Source: Thermoproteota archaeon (GTDB lineage Archaea; Korarchaeota; JAOZGF01; JAOZFZ01). From it: 20,233 nt of DNA. The notes beneath the pieces are model-generated. The model was not told the DNA's origin. It searched no databases and worked only from the letters and a program-made list of their open reading frames with translations. Position 1 is the first letter of the stretch. Each line of letters starts with the position of its first letter. Position numbers and translations under genes: made by a program. Location: positions 1 through 20,233 of the forward strand of contig JAOZFT010000005.1 of NCBI GenBank assembly GCA_027492035.1, in the 5' to 3' direction. Below are positions 1 to 8,046 of this stretch, piece by piece.

Positions 1-2
1 AA

Positions 3-1067
3 TGGGCTTATAAACATTTACTTGGTTTTGAAAAGGGGGCTTATAAACCTTCCTTCCTAGAGGCTCCTTTAATTCTTTCAGGTAAAGAATTAACTGATAC
101 AGTGAATGTGTATCCACATTTTTCAGCCGAATTTCTCATTCTTTCATCTATACTTTCAGATAAAAGGGCAAATGAAACAGTTGAATGGTTACTTTCTATG
201 CAAGCCCCAACTGGTGGATTCTTCTACTTTAAAAAGCCAACAGGAGAAATAGAGAACGAAACATATATTTGGGATACTTTCTGGGTTGTACAAGGCTTAA
301 GTATATACCTAAATGAAAAATGTAGGAGGGAAGCATATGTAAAGTTGAAAGAAGCTGAAGAAATGGTTAAAGAAGCTGAAAAAGGAACAAATGTTTCTCA
401 AGCAGAAAAATACTTAATTAAGGCGCTTAACGCCTTCAAAAAAATGAATTACGAATTATCGCTGAACTACTCTGAAGCAGCAATAAAGGAAATTGAGAAA
501 TCTGAAGAAGCATATTTCCTCATCAAAAAGGCCATGCTGTATCTTGAAAACACCTCAGCTGCAGGAATAAATACAACTACATTTAGAGAAGAAATAAAGA
601 AGGAAAAAATTAAATACGATTTAGGATTATTTGATGAAACAATTAAGGAAACAAATGAAATAATTAATCAAATAAGGGAGGCTCTTGACCTAAAAAGAAA
701 CAGAACATTGAAGCATTTAACAGAAATAAAAAACCTTATTTGTAACTCAACAAATCAAGCAAGAAACTTCACAGCAGCTAAGAAATACTTAGAAGAAGCA
801 TACAAATTTTTCAAAAAAGGAAACTATAGCGAAGCAGAGAAATACGCTACAAAAGCTGAAAAATCAGCTTTACAGGAGTTAAAAATGAAAAGAAACATAT
901 TAAACATAACTATTTTAATACCTCTCATAGTTATACCTCTCACAGTTATTGCATTAACTCGGCGAAAAAGAGGCGGAAAAAAGAAGATAACGTTAATTGA
1001 AACTAAACCGGAATATAGAGAAATCCTTCAAAAATACATATTTTTGAGGGAGGAAGAAGAAAAATAA
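3..1067 (+). CDS. 5'-truncated membrane-anchored surface protein: prenyltransferase/squalene-cyclase-like repeat, then three ~60-aa helical repeats and a C-terminal TM anchor
   Basis: The frame is open from base 3 (WAYKHLLGFEKG...), so the true start lies upstream of the window. ETVEWLLSMQAPTGGF...DTFWVVQGL matches the prenyltransferase (QW-type) repeat. Hydrophobic ILNITILIPLIVIPLTVIALT is followed by basic RRKRGGKKK, and there are many N-x-S/T sequons. Confidence 0.75.
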   Translation, partial: WAYKHLLGFEKGAYKPSFLEAPLILSGKELTDTVNVYPHFSAEFLILSSILSDKRANETVEWLLSMQAPTGGFFYFKKPTGEIENETYIWDTFWVVQGLSIYLNEKCRREAYVKLKEAEEMVKEAEKGTNVSQAEKYLIKALNAFKKMNYELSLNYSEAAIKEIEKSEEAYFLIKKAMLYLENTSAAGINTTTFREEIKKEKIKYDLGLFDETIKETNEIINQIREALDLKRNRTLKHLTEIKNLICNSTNQARNFTAAKKYLEEAYKFFKKGNYSEAEKYATKAEKSALQELKMKRNILNITILIPLIVIPLTVIALTRRKRGGKKKITLIETKPEYREILQKYIFLREEEEK

Positions 1068-1233
1068 ATTTTTCATTAAGAACTTGAGTAATTTTTCCTA
1101 AGTTATTGAATTCAATTATGGGAAAACATTAAAAAGATTGCCAGATTTTCCACCCTACCCTGTAATGACGCAAAACTTTACTTCTAATTCAGAGCTCCTT
1201 TCATTAAAAAGGGGAAATCTTTTAAGCAGCTTT

Positions 1234-1446
1234 TCAGTCTTTAAAGTAGTTGTGTGCTATATAAATCCTTACAAATGAAACTCCAGCTGAAAACACTACT
1301 CCACCGATGACAGTGGTTAATATAGAGCCTACTAAGAAGCCTTTCTCCAAAAAGGAAACAGTTTGATAAAAAAAGTAAGTGCCTGCAGCTAAAAGCACAA
1401 TTCCTAATGCTAAAACCCAGTTCATTCCCTTTTTCGCTTTAGCCAA
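1234..1446 (-). CDS. Small two-TM hypothetical membrane protein, last gene of the MoxR operon
   Basis: Two hydrophobic helices; overlaps the stop of the upstream gene. Start placed at TTG 1446, 5 nt after AGGTGG (ORF track gives 1455). Confidence 0.7.
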   Translation of the reverse strand: MAKAKKGMNWVLALGIVLLAAGTYFFYQTVSFLEKGFLVGSILTTVIGGVVFSAGVSFVRIYIAHNYFKD

Positions 1447-2059
1447 CTGAACCACCTAAAAAGAAATTAAACCTCTTAACTATTTCATTCACAGTAAAAA
1501 GAAGCCAATTATCAGCTTTTTCCCCAGTTTTTGAAAGTAATTCATCAAGAAAAGTCTTTGTTAATGGTTTCCCTGTTAACACAGCAATTGAAGTATTTAT
1601 TAAGTTATTAAATCCTTGGAAATATAGAAATAAGAGAAGAAAAGAAAGGATTATGAATGGTGTTAAAAGCTCCAAACTTATTAACTTCCTTGTTTTTGCA
1701 GTGAAATCCCAAATTAGATTCTTAATTTTCCAAAATTCAACAATTGCAGAGTTCCTTGTAACTATTGAATAAATATTTTCCATTAATTTGTCCTTAATTT
1801 CTAAATAACAATTTATAAATTTATTTTCAACATATTTTGAAATAAGTACAGAAAATATAAGCGAAATCAAAGCTAAAGGTGGAGAAACAACCAAGATCAG
1901 TGTAAAAAAATTTATTTTAGAAGAAAGTTCAGTTTCAGTAATTAAGGGGTGATGAACCCATTTGAAAACTATGAAAAGAGAAAAAGAATAAATAAAAGTA
2001 AATAAGAGTAAAAGAAACAATTTCCAGGAACTAATTCTTCCATACATAAAGGAATACAC
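1439..2059 (-). CDS. Hypothetical multi-TM membrane protein
   Basis: 206-aa ORF with about 3 hydrophobic segments, 19 bp downstream of the DUF58 gene in the same orientation. Start could be GTG 2059 or ATG 2047. Confidence 0.7.
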   Translation of the reverse strand: MYSFMYGRISSWKLFLLLLFTFIYSFSLFIVFKWVHHPLITETELSSKINFFTLILVVSPPLALISLIFSVLISKYVENKFINCYLEIKDKLMENIYSIVTRNSAIVEFWKIKNLIWDFTAKTRKLISLELLTPFIILSFLLLFLYFQGFNNLINTSIAVLTGKPLTKTFLDELLSKTGEKADNWLLFTVNEIVKRFNFFLGGSVG

Positions 2060-2078
2060 CTTAAATAAAAAGAAGAAA

Positions 2079-3407
2079 TTACTTTACCTTCATTACATGA
2101 TACGCCTTAAACATCATTGGAAGGAAGTCACCCGGCCCTACTTCATAAACATCAACCCCTAAACTCTTCAATTTTGAAATGTTCCTTTTTCTTCTCTCCC
2201 TTTCTTCTTCTATTACATGTAAAGTTGACACGACGCAGAAATTATCCACGTCAGGAAAAACTTGGCCTGGTTTTTTAAAAAGGTAAGTGGAGGGTGACAC
2301 CACAACCGGGTTGTAACCCATTGAAACAGCTTTCTTTAAAGCTTCATAAACCTTTTTTTCAGCGAAATCTTCTAAGTCGGAAATTAATAAAACCTTTGCA
2401 GGGGTTTTAATTTTTTTACCCAGAAACTCAATAGCTTTCAAGAAATCAGGTTTACCGAAGCATTGAAGCAAAAAGGAAGTCTTCAAAATCGCGTAGAAAT
2501 GATTTAGAGTTGAACCAGGTTTAATATATGTTGATGTTTCCCTTGGCAAAAGAACACCGGAAACCGTAGGTATAATTATTCCTATTAAGTCACCGTTCCG
2601 AATGGCCTGACTCGCCAGAAACAAAACAGCCTTTTTCAAATAGTTTAGCTTTTCTCCAGCCATACTTTCACCTGTATCAATTATAATTACTAGCACTCTC
2701 CCAGTTCTCGCCTCGAATTCTTTTATGATAGGTTTGCCTAACCTTGCAGTCGCTTTCCAGTCAATGAACCTCAAGTCATCCCCAGGCTGGAACTCCCTAC
2801 TTGAGTAATAATCTGTACTTAAACCCTTCGATTTCAATGTGTAAGGCCCAATCCAAAAGTAACGTTTTTCTCTTTCTCCAACAAATACTTTTTTCAATTC
2901 AGAAACCCTTGGAAGCACAGTCACAAAACTAAAATTCTTTATTTCCCTCGAAAATCTAAAAAAACCAAGTTTATCTTGGAAAGAGAAATAAATAGGACCT
3001 ATAGTGAATGTCCCCTCCCTTCTCCCTTTCAAAACATATTCAGCCTTCACTTCACCTAAATCATTAGTTTCAACCTTAACTGGCAGTTTACCTTCCACAA
3101 GTGTTAAGGAATCACTTGGGAATTCATCGTTCAAAAAAAACTTTTTTAATAATTTATTTTTGCAATTAGACACTTCCAGTTTTACTGTCAGGAAGCCCCC
3201 CTCCACAATAAATCTCTCACTTAAAACCCTTTCAACTTTAATATTGCTTGAAAACATTATTTGTTCCAAAGAGAAAAGTAAGGAGAGAAAAGAAATAAAG
3301 AGAGGAACCGTAGACACAAGTATTAATAGAGGAAGCTGAAAAACAGCACCTAAAACCATTAATGAGAAACTGCCTACGTAAACAGAAATTACCCTTTTAG
3401 TGAACAA
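2079..3407 (-). CDS. DUF58 / vWA-domain membrane protein (MoxR partner)
   Basis: N-terminal TM pair, Ig-like segment, hallmark REFQPGDDLRFIDWKATAR, MIDAS-like IIIDTGESM and LISDLED. Start placed at TTG 3407 after GAGGTG, just past the MoxR stop (ORF track gives 3422). Confidence 0.92.
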   Translation of the reverse strand: MFTKRVISVYVGSFSLMVLGAVFQLPLLILVSTVPLFISFLSLLFSLEQIMFSSNIKVERVLSERFIVEGGFLTVKLEVSNCKNKLLKKFFLNDEFPSDSLTLVEGKLPVKVETNDLGEVKAEYVLKGRREGTFTIGPIYFSFQDKLGFFRFSREIKNFSFVTVLPRVSELKKVFVGEREKRYFWIGPYTLKSKGLSTDYYSSREFQPGDDLRFIDWKATARLGKPIIKEFEARTGRVLVIIIDTGESMAGEKLNYLKKAVLFLASQAIRNGDLIGIIIPTVSGVLLPRETSTYIKPGSTLNHFYAILKTSFLLQCFGKPDFLKAIEFLGKKIKTPAKVLLISDLEDFAEKKVYEALKKAVSMGYNPVVVSPSTYLFKKPGQVFPDVDNFCVVSTLHVIEEERERRKRNISKLKSLGVDVYEVGPGDFLPMMFKAYHVMKVK

Positions 3408-3408
3408 G

Positions 3409-4881
3409 TTAAGGCACCTCAACTTCCCTTAAAACAGAGGAAATGATACTTTCAACAGTTACCCCTTCAAGTTCAGCTTCTGGTTTAAGCATGATCCTAT
3501 GTCTCAAAACAGGATTTGCAAGATACTTTACGTCGTCAGGTACCACGTAACTTCTACCGTTAAGCAGAGCTCTGCATTTACTCCCTTTAACAAAGGAAAT
3601 AGATGCTCTTGGACTTGGGCCGAGAAGCACTAATTCATGCCTCCTTGTTTCATGCACAATATCACTTATGTAATTAATCACTTTGTCATCAACAAAAATG
3701 TTTTCTTTCACCGTGTCCTGAAGAATTTTTAGAATTCTAGGTGACCCGATTGAATACATGTTTTTTATTGCTTCAAATCCCTTACCCTTCATTATATCTC
3801 TCTCCTCTTTTTTAGAGGGGTAATTAACTTTTATTTTAAACATAAACCTATCTATTTGGGCTTCAGGTAAATTATAAACGCCTTCCATTTCTAACGGGTT
3901 CTGAGTTGCAACCACAAAGAAAGGGTTTGGGAGAGGGAAAGTTTTTCCTTCAACAGTCACTTGTTTCTCTTGCATGGCTTCAAGTAAGGCGGATTGAGTG
4001 TTGTGAGTCAAGACGCCTCCATTCCATCCACAAACATAGCTTTCAGCACCATCCTCCATTGATAAATCAAAAAGCGCTTTCAGCTTCCCTTCCCCCTTAA
4101 CTTTAATTTTCTCGACATGCACTAGGTTTAAAGGGTGATTTTTGCTTTTTAAGGGCTGCATTACTGCTGAAACAATGTCTCCAACCCTTAAAGAGAATGC
4201 TTCTTTCCATTTAAACCTTCCCAGTTCATAAACGTGAAAAAAGTGACGAGGTGAACATTTAACCACTTGACCTGCACTCAGTTCAACTTCATAAACAGGT
4301 TTAAGGGTTAACTGCCTATAAAGATACTTAATTTTCCTTTTCACAACAAAGCCTCTTTGGTTAAGGGAATAGCTTTTAAGGTTTCTGCACACTTTAACAA
4401 ACTCTCCAGCCCCTACTCTTTTTTCAGTTGCTTTACAATTTTCATAAATTTTCCTTATTTCAACCTGCCCAGTGGATAAGTGTATAGGTGTTTCACCATC
4501 TAAACATTTAGGTGGGGCTCTGTTTATTTCATCCGCCAATATTATGTTAGAAAAAATAGGTCCCTGCATGAATTTGAATTCACCTTCCTTACTTGAATAA
4601 ATAAATGACCCTATTATGTCTGAAGGAAGCATGTCGCTTGTGAACTGAATCCTTTTGAAGCTACAGCCTAAAACTTTACTGAACCCTCTAGCTATAAGTG
4701 TTTTACCTAGACCAGGAACTCCTTCCAGTAATATGTGCCCCTCAGCTAAAATAGCTATCAATATTTTTTCAAGAAGCTCCCTCTTACCTACAACAACTTT
4801 TTTAAGTTCAAACAAAATTTCCTCTTTCAATTTCGGCGCTAAATCAAAAACAAATTTTTCTTTGGTTTTGTAATCTGCCAT
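3409..4881 (-). CDS. moxR: MoxR-family AAA+ ATPase, intein-containing (490-aa precursor, 321 aa after splicing)
   Basis: GHILLEGVPGLGKT (Walker A), RIQFTSDMLPSDIIG, ILADEINRAPPK | TQSALLEAMQE, ATQNPLEMEGVYNLPEAQIDRF, GPSPRAS, VLRHRI. A 169-aa insertion splits the conserved PPK-TQS motif. Confidence 0.97.
   Translation of the reverse strand: MADYKTKEKFVFDLAPKLKEEILFELKKVVVGKRELLEKILIAILAEGHILLEGVPGLGKTLIARGFSKVLGCSFKRIQFTSDMLPSDIIGSFIYSSKEGEFKFMQGPIFSNIILADEINRAPPKCLDGETPIHLSTGQVEIRKIYENCKATEKRVGAGEFVKVCRNLKSYSLNQRGFVVKRKIKYLYRQLTLKPVYEVELSAGQVVKCSPRHFFHVYELGRFKWKEAFSLRVGDIVSAVMQPLKSKNHPLNLVHVEKIKVKGEGKLKALFDLSMEDGAESYVCGWNGGVLTHNTQSALLEAMQEKQVTVEGKTFPLPNPFFVVATQNPLEMEGVYNLPEAQIDRFMFKIKVNYPSKKEERDIMKGKGFEAIKNMYSIGSPRILKILQDTVKENIFVDDKVINYISDIVHETRRHELVLLGPSPRASISFVKGSKCRALLNGRSYVVPDDVKYLANPVLRHRIMLKPEAELEGVTVESIISSVLREVEVP
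4000..4506 (-). mobile_element. Mini-intein (169 aa, no homing endonuclease) in MoxR
   Basis: Begins CLDGETPI (block A; Cys1 = TGT 4506-4504). Block B VKCSPRHFF, WKEAFSLRVGDIV, block F LFDLSME, ends GGVLTHN (His-Asn; AAC 4002-4000) followed by Thr+1. Removal restores DEINRAPPKTQSALLEAM exactly. Confidence 0.96.
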
Positions 4882-4883
4882 TT

Positions 4884-6203
4884 TTAAGCCCCTATCTTTT
4901 CTAAAACCTCCATTAAACTGTCACACATATTTATGAAATCTTTAAAGCCCACAACCTTCTTACTCCCCTTCTTAACCATTAAACATGACTCTAACAGTTT
5001 TTTTAATTCCTCACTTTTAACGCTTGGATACTTTTCCACAATCTCTTCATAAATTAATTTAGGAACAGAAATTTTTGGGTTAACTCCTACCCTTTCAAGA
5101 AACCACTCAAAAAAGGATGTTAAATACTTGTTGTAATCATTTTCAGAAGATTTAAATTCCGAAACTAATTCAGAACCCTTCCCTTCTCCACCTCCTCCTT
5201 TCACGCTTAAAAAGTTTAGTGGAGATTTTGAAAGATGGGAACCTACTGATTTAACAGTTAAGAGAATAAGAAATGAAAAAAAAACAATTGAAAAAAGAAA
5301 TGAAACTGAAAACCTGAAAATTAAAGGTTGTTGCGACCATTCAATCAGAAAAGTTAGGAAATAAATTGAAAGAGGCTTAAACAACCAAACCTTGGATTCA
5401 CAAACGTAAACAGTTACTTCCTTTTCAGGAGCTAAGTAGTTTAACATGTAATTAGCTGCTGCTAAGTTACTTCCTTTAAATAACATATCGTTAATGAAAA
5501 TATCGGGGTCGCTTACAATCACTGCTTTCCCTTCACCGTAAGACGTAAAAACTACTACTGGAAAGGGACCCCGGGGTTCATCTTCATCTCTTTCTAGGTT
5601 ATAGTTTACATCAAGCCAACTTGACCCTGAACTCTCAGCTTGAATTGACAAATTAACTTTTAACCACGTCCCATTTAACTTCACATAATATTTCCCGTTT
5701 TTAAGTTTGCCTTCAAAAACAAGTGCACTTGGGTGATTCAAAACCAAAGTGAAAACCTTTTTAAACCCTTTTTTAACTGTTAGGTTCACCAATGGAAAAA
5801 CAGGTTGTTTAGAGTAAAGAGAAGGTTCAAGAAGTAAATTTCTCCTAAACTCAACCCCAAAAACCCTTGAAAGGGAGTTCCCTTCCCTGAAATCATCAGC
5901 TAAAAGTAAACCGCCTCCATTATAAACAAATTCTTGAACAGCATCAACTTCCAAGTCACTTAATTTTTCAGCTGGACTTAAAAAAATTAATAATTTACCG
6001 TGTGGATTCGTTAAGTTAAGGGTTAAGGGAGAGTAGATAGTTTCTAACCTCCACCCCTTACCTTTAATGAATTCAGCAAAATCTGAACAACCGTCCCATT
6101 TCTTATTGAAAACTGAAAAAGCTGGTAAAGGATTGTAAAATAACAGGACTAGGAAAGAGAAAAAAAGGAGATAGAGTGCAGTATAAGAAAAAAGTTTGTT
6201 CAA
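4884..6203 (-). CDS. DUF4350-like (GATase-like fold) membrane-anchored protein
   Basis: N-terminal TM, FSVFNKKWDGCSDF, FVYNGGGLLLADDF, YGEGKAVIVSDPDIFINDML...N, second TM region and a cytoplasmic tail. Ends 2 bp before moxR, the usual position for this family. Confidence 0.85.
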   Translation of the reverse strand: MNKLFSYTALYLLFFSFLVLLFYNPLPAFSVFNKKWDGCSDFAEFIKGKGWRLETIYSPLTLNLTNPHGKLLIFLSPAEKLSDLEVDAVQEFVYNGGGLLLADDFREGNSLSRVFGVEFRRNLLLEPSLYSKQPVFPLVNLTVKKGFKKVFTLVLNHPSALVFEGKLKNGKYYVKLNGTWLKVNLSIQAESSGSSWLDVNYNLERDEDEPRGPFPVVVFTSYGEGKAVIVSDPDIFINDMLFKGSNLAAANYMLNYLAPEKEVTVYVCESKVWLFKPLSIYFLTFLIEWSQQPLIFRFSVSFLFSIVFFSFLILLTVKSVGSHLSKSPLNFLSVKGGGGEGKGSELVSEFKSSENDYNKYLTSFFEWFLERVGVNPKISVPKLIYEEIVEKYPSVKSEELKKLLESCLMVKKGSKKVVGFKDFINMCDSLMEVLEKIGA

Positions 6204-6215
6204 ATCCTTAACACC

Positions 6216-8039
6216 TTATCCTAAACTTTTAAATTCCATTCCCTTTTCATTCCCCCTTCCCAACTTGTTTATGAAAAAGTCAATAATCAATGAAAAAACA
6301 AATATTGTTTTTAGATATTCAGCTGAAGTGATTTCTTCCCTTCCATACTTCGCCTTCTCTACAACTCTTGTGAAAAACTGAATATCGCTTTCATTCTTTT
6401 TATACTTATTAAAAACTTTTAGGAAAAATTCCCTAACTGTTTCTCCACGCTTCTTTTCCACCCCGTTTAATTTTGAAGCCATTTCAACTAAAAGGTCTCC
6501 AAGGAAGAGAACTCCTTCCCTGAAATTACTTGAATCATAAAAAGCAGCTACTCTTTCGACAATTTTCTCAAGGTCACTAATCAGTTTATCTTCCTCTTTT
6601 TCTTTACTTTCCACAGCTCCACCAACATTAAGTTTTTCTTCCTCTTCTTCCCTTTTTCTGCGTAAAGAGAAAGACACAGCTAAAACTGCAATTAAAACAG
6701 CTGAAAATGGAAATACTAAGAAGTATATGTTTCCTGCCAAACTTTGAATACTTGAAGTAAACCTTGTTTTGTTTTGAAATACGCTTGCGTTTACGCTAAC
6801 ATTAAATTTGTTAAATTTAATTTTTTCAGGATTAGTTTTGTTCAGAGACGCATTCTCATTACCAACTAATCTGTTCTCTTTCTCAGCTGACAAGTTAACA
6901 GCTGACAAGTTAACATTTGAAGCTGTTTTGTTACTAATCACAGATTTCCAACTTTTCTTTATTTGTTTTTTATGTACTACTTTAATTTTGTTCAGGGGTA
7001 AAACATCAATTGTTTCCAATTTAGATGGTGAAGGATCGACTGGGCACCAACCGACTCCTGGGAAGAAAACCTCTGCCCAACAATACTCATCGCCACTATG
7101 AACCCAGTATCCGTTGCCTGAAATATTAACCGGTTTAAAGCCAACAACCAGCCTGGCAGGTATGCCTATTTCCCTTGAAAGAAGCGTAAAAACTGTTGAG
7201 AAAAGAAAACTGTCACCTTTACCTTTCTTGAAGAAAAGAGAAATTGCTTCGTAAGTGGAAACGTTCCCAAAATCCACTTCAGAAACATACTTAAAACCTT
7301 TAAGGAAATCAATTAAAACCTTAACCTGTCCAGCCATGGTTAAGCTGCTGTTTTTAACTTTCTCAGCCGCCTCAACTAATTCAGGAGGTAACTTTGAAGG
7401 AAGAGAAGTAAACCTAGATTTCACTTCACTAGGTACATCTGAAACATCAGCTAAGGAAATTTTTGAGAGGTTATAGATTCTTTCTTGATAAGAAATGTTA
7501 TAGAGGAGGTAAGTTCCTGAAACATTTCCAGAAACCAAGACAGAACCAGTGTCTGTTAAGTAACTTTTCACTTCCACATTTGACACAGTTAACCCTTTAA
7601 CCGTTTCAATCATTGAAGGAACAGGAAGGATTCCTACGTACTTCCGTAAGCTTCCTTTATTAATTATAACTGTGAAAGAAGTAAGACTTGAAACATTAAC
7701 CTTGAGAGGGTATTCTTTACATTTATAACTGAACTGAGCCCATCCTTTACCGTCGAAAAAATCAAAAGAATCAACACGCCAAAGAACTTCTTTACTTAGG
7801 CCTGAAACATAAAACAGAGGCAAATTAGGTTTTATTTTCGATAAAGGGGTAAGTGGAAAGTAACCCCATTTAAAAGATAAGTTCCCAGTCACCCAAGAGA
7901 TTAAAAGTTCTTTACCCGGTGGAAGAGAAATTGCAGGGGCTAATTCATAATTTATGTGTTGAGGAGGCTGACCATAAGCAACTGACCATGTAGGGAAGAC
8001 AAAAAAAAGCATTAAAACTAAAATAAATTTTTTATCCAT
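6216..8039 (-). CDS. Secreted, membrane-anchored transglutaminase-like protein (catalytic Cys/His substituted) with C-terminal DUF4129-like domain
   Basis: Signal peptide; LWRVDSFDFFDGKGW (TgpA N-domain motif); core GKGDSFLFS...LSREIGIPARLVVGF...YCWAEVFFPGVGWCPVDPS; TM followed by RRKR; tail GETVREF...FTRVVEKAKYG typical of DUF4129. Confidence 0.88.
   Translation of the reverse strand: MDKKFILVLMLFFVFPTWSVAYGQPPQHINYELAPAISLPPGKELLISWVTGNLSFKWGYFPLTPLSKIKPNLPLFYVSGLSKEVLWRVDSFDFFDGKGWAQFSYKCKEYPLKVNVSSLTSFTVIINKGSLRKYVGILPVPSMIETVKGLTVSNVEVKSYLTDTGSVLVSGNVSGTYLLYNISYQERIYNLSKISLADVSDVPSEVKSRFTSLPSKLPPELVEAAEKVKNSSLTMAGQVKVLIDFLKGFKYVSEVDFGNVSTYEAISLFFKKGKGDSFLFSTVFTLLSREIGIPARLVVGFKPVNISGNGYWVHSGDEYCWAEVFFPGVGWCPVDPSPSKLETIDVLPLNKIKVVHKKQIKKSWKSVISNKTASNVNLSAVNLSAEKENRLVGNENASLNKTNPEKIKFNKFNVSVNASVFQNKTRFTSSIQSLAGNIYFLVFPFSAVLIAVLAVSFSLRRKREEEEEKLNVGGAVESKEKEEDKLISDLEKIVERVAAFYDSSNFREGVLFLGDLLVEMASKLNGVEKKRGETVREFFLKVFNKYKKNESDIQFFTRVVEKAKYGREEITSAEYLKTIFVFSLIIDFFINKLGRGNEKGMEFKSLG
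6884..6915. repeat. 15-bp tandem duplication (CAGCTGACAAGTTAA x2) encoding VNLSA-VNLSA
   Basis: Exact period-15 repeat read directly in the sequence; in frame, and duplicates an N-L-S sequon. Confidence 0.9.
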
Positions 8040-8046
8040 TTAATTC

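Noticed and set aside
4-48. GGGCTTATAAAC repeated at 4-15 and 37-48
   Set aside because: Only two short copies within an open reading frame; not CRISPR-like.
1093-1126. ATTGAATTCAAT palindrome flanked by TTTTCC/GGAAAA between convergent genes
   Set aside because: Weak AT-rich stem; could aid termination but cannot be distinguished from chance.
4000-4506. Homing endonuclease within the intein
   Set aside because: Only a short linker (about 12 aa) separates the N- and C-terminal splicing regions; no LAGLIDADG or HNH motif.
3004-7476. Plus-strand ORFs 3004-3339, 3906-4100, 4655-4873, 6196-6381, 6808-7101, 7255-7476
   Set aside because: Antisense shadows of well-supported minus-strand genes; Ser/Phe/Leu-rich with no motifs.
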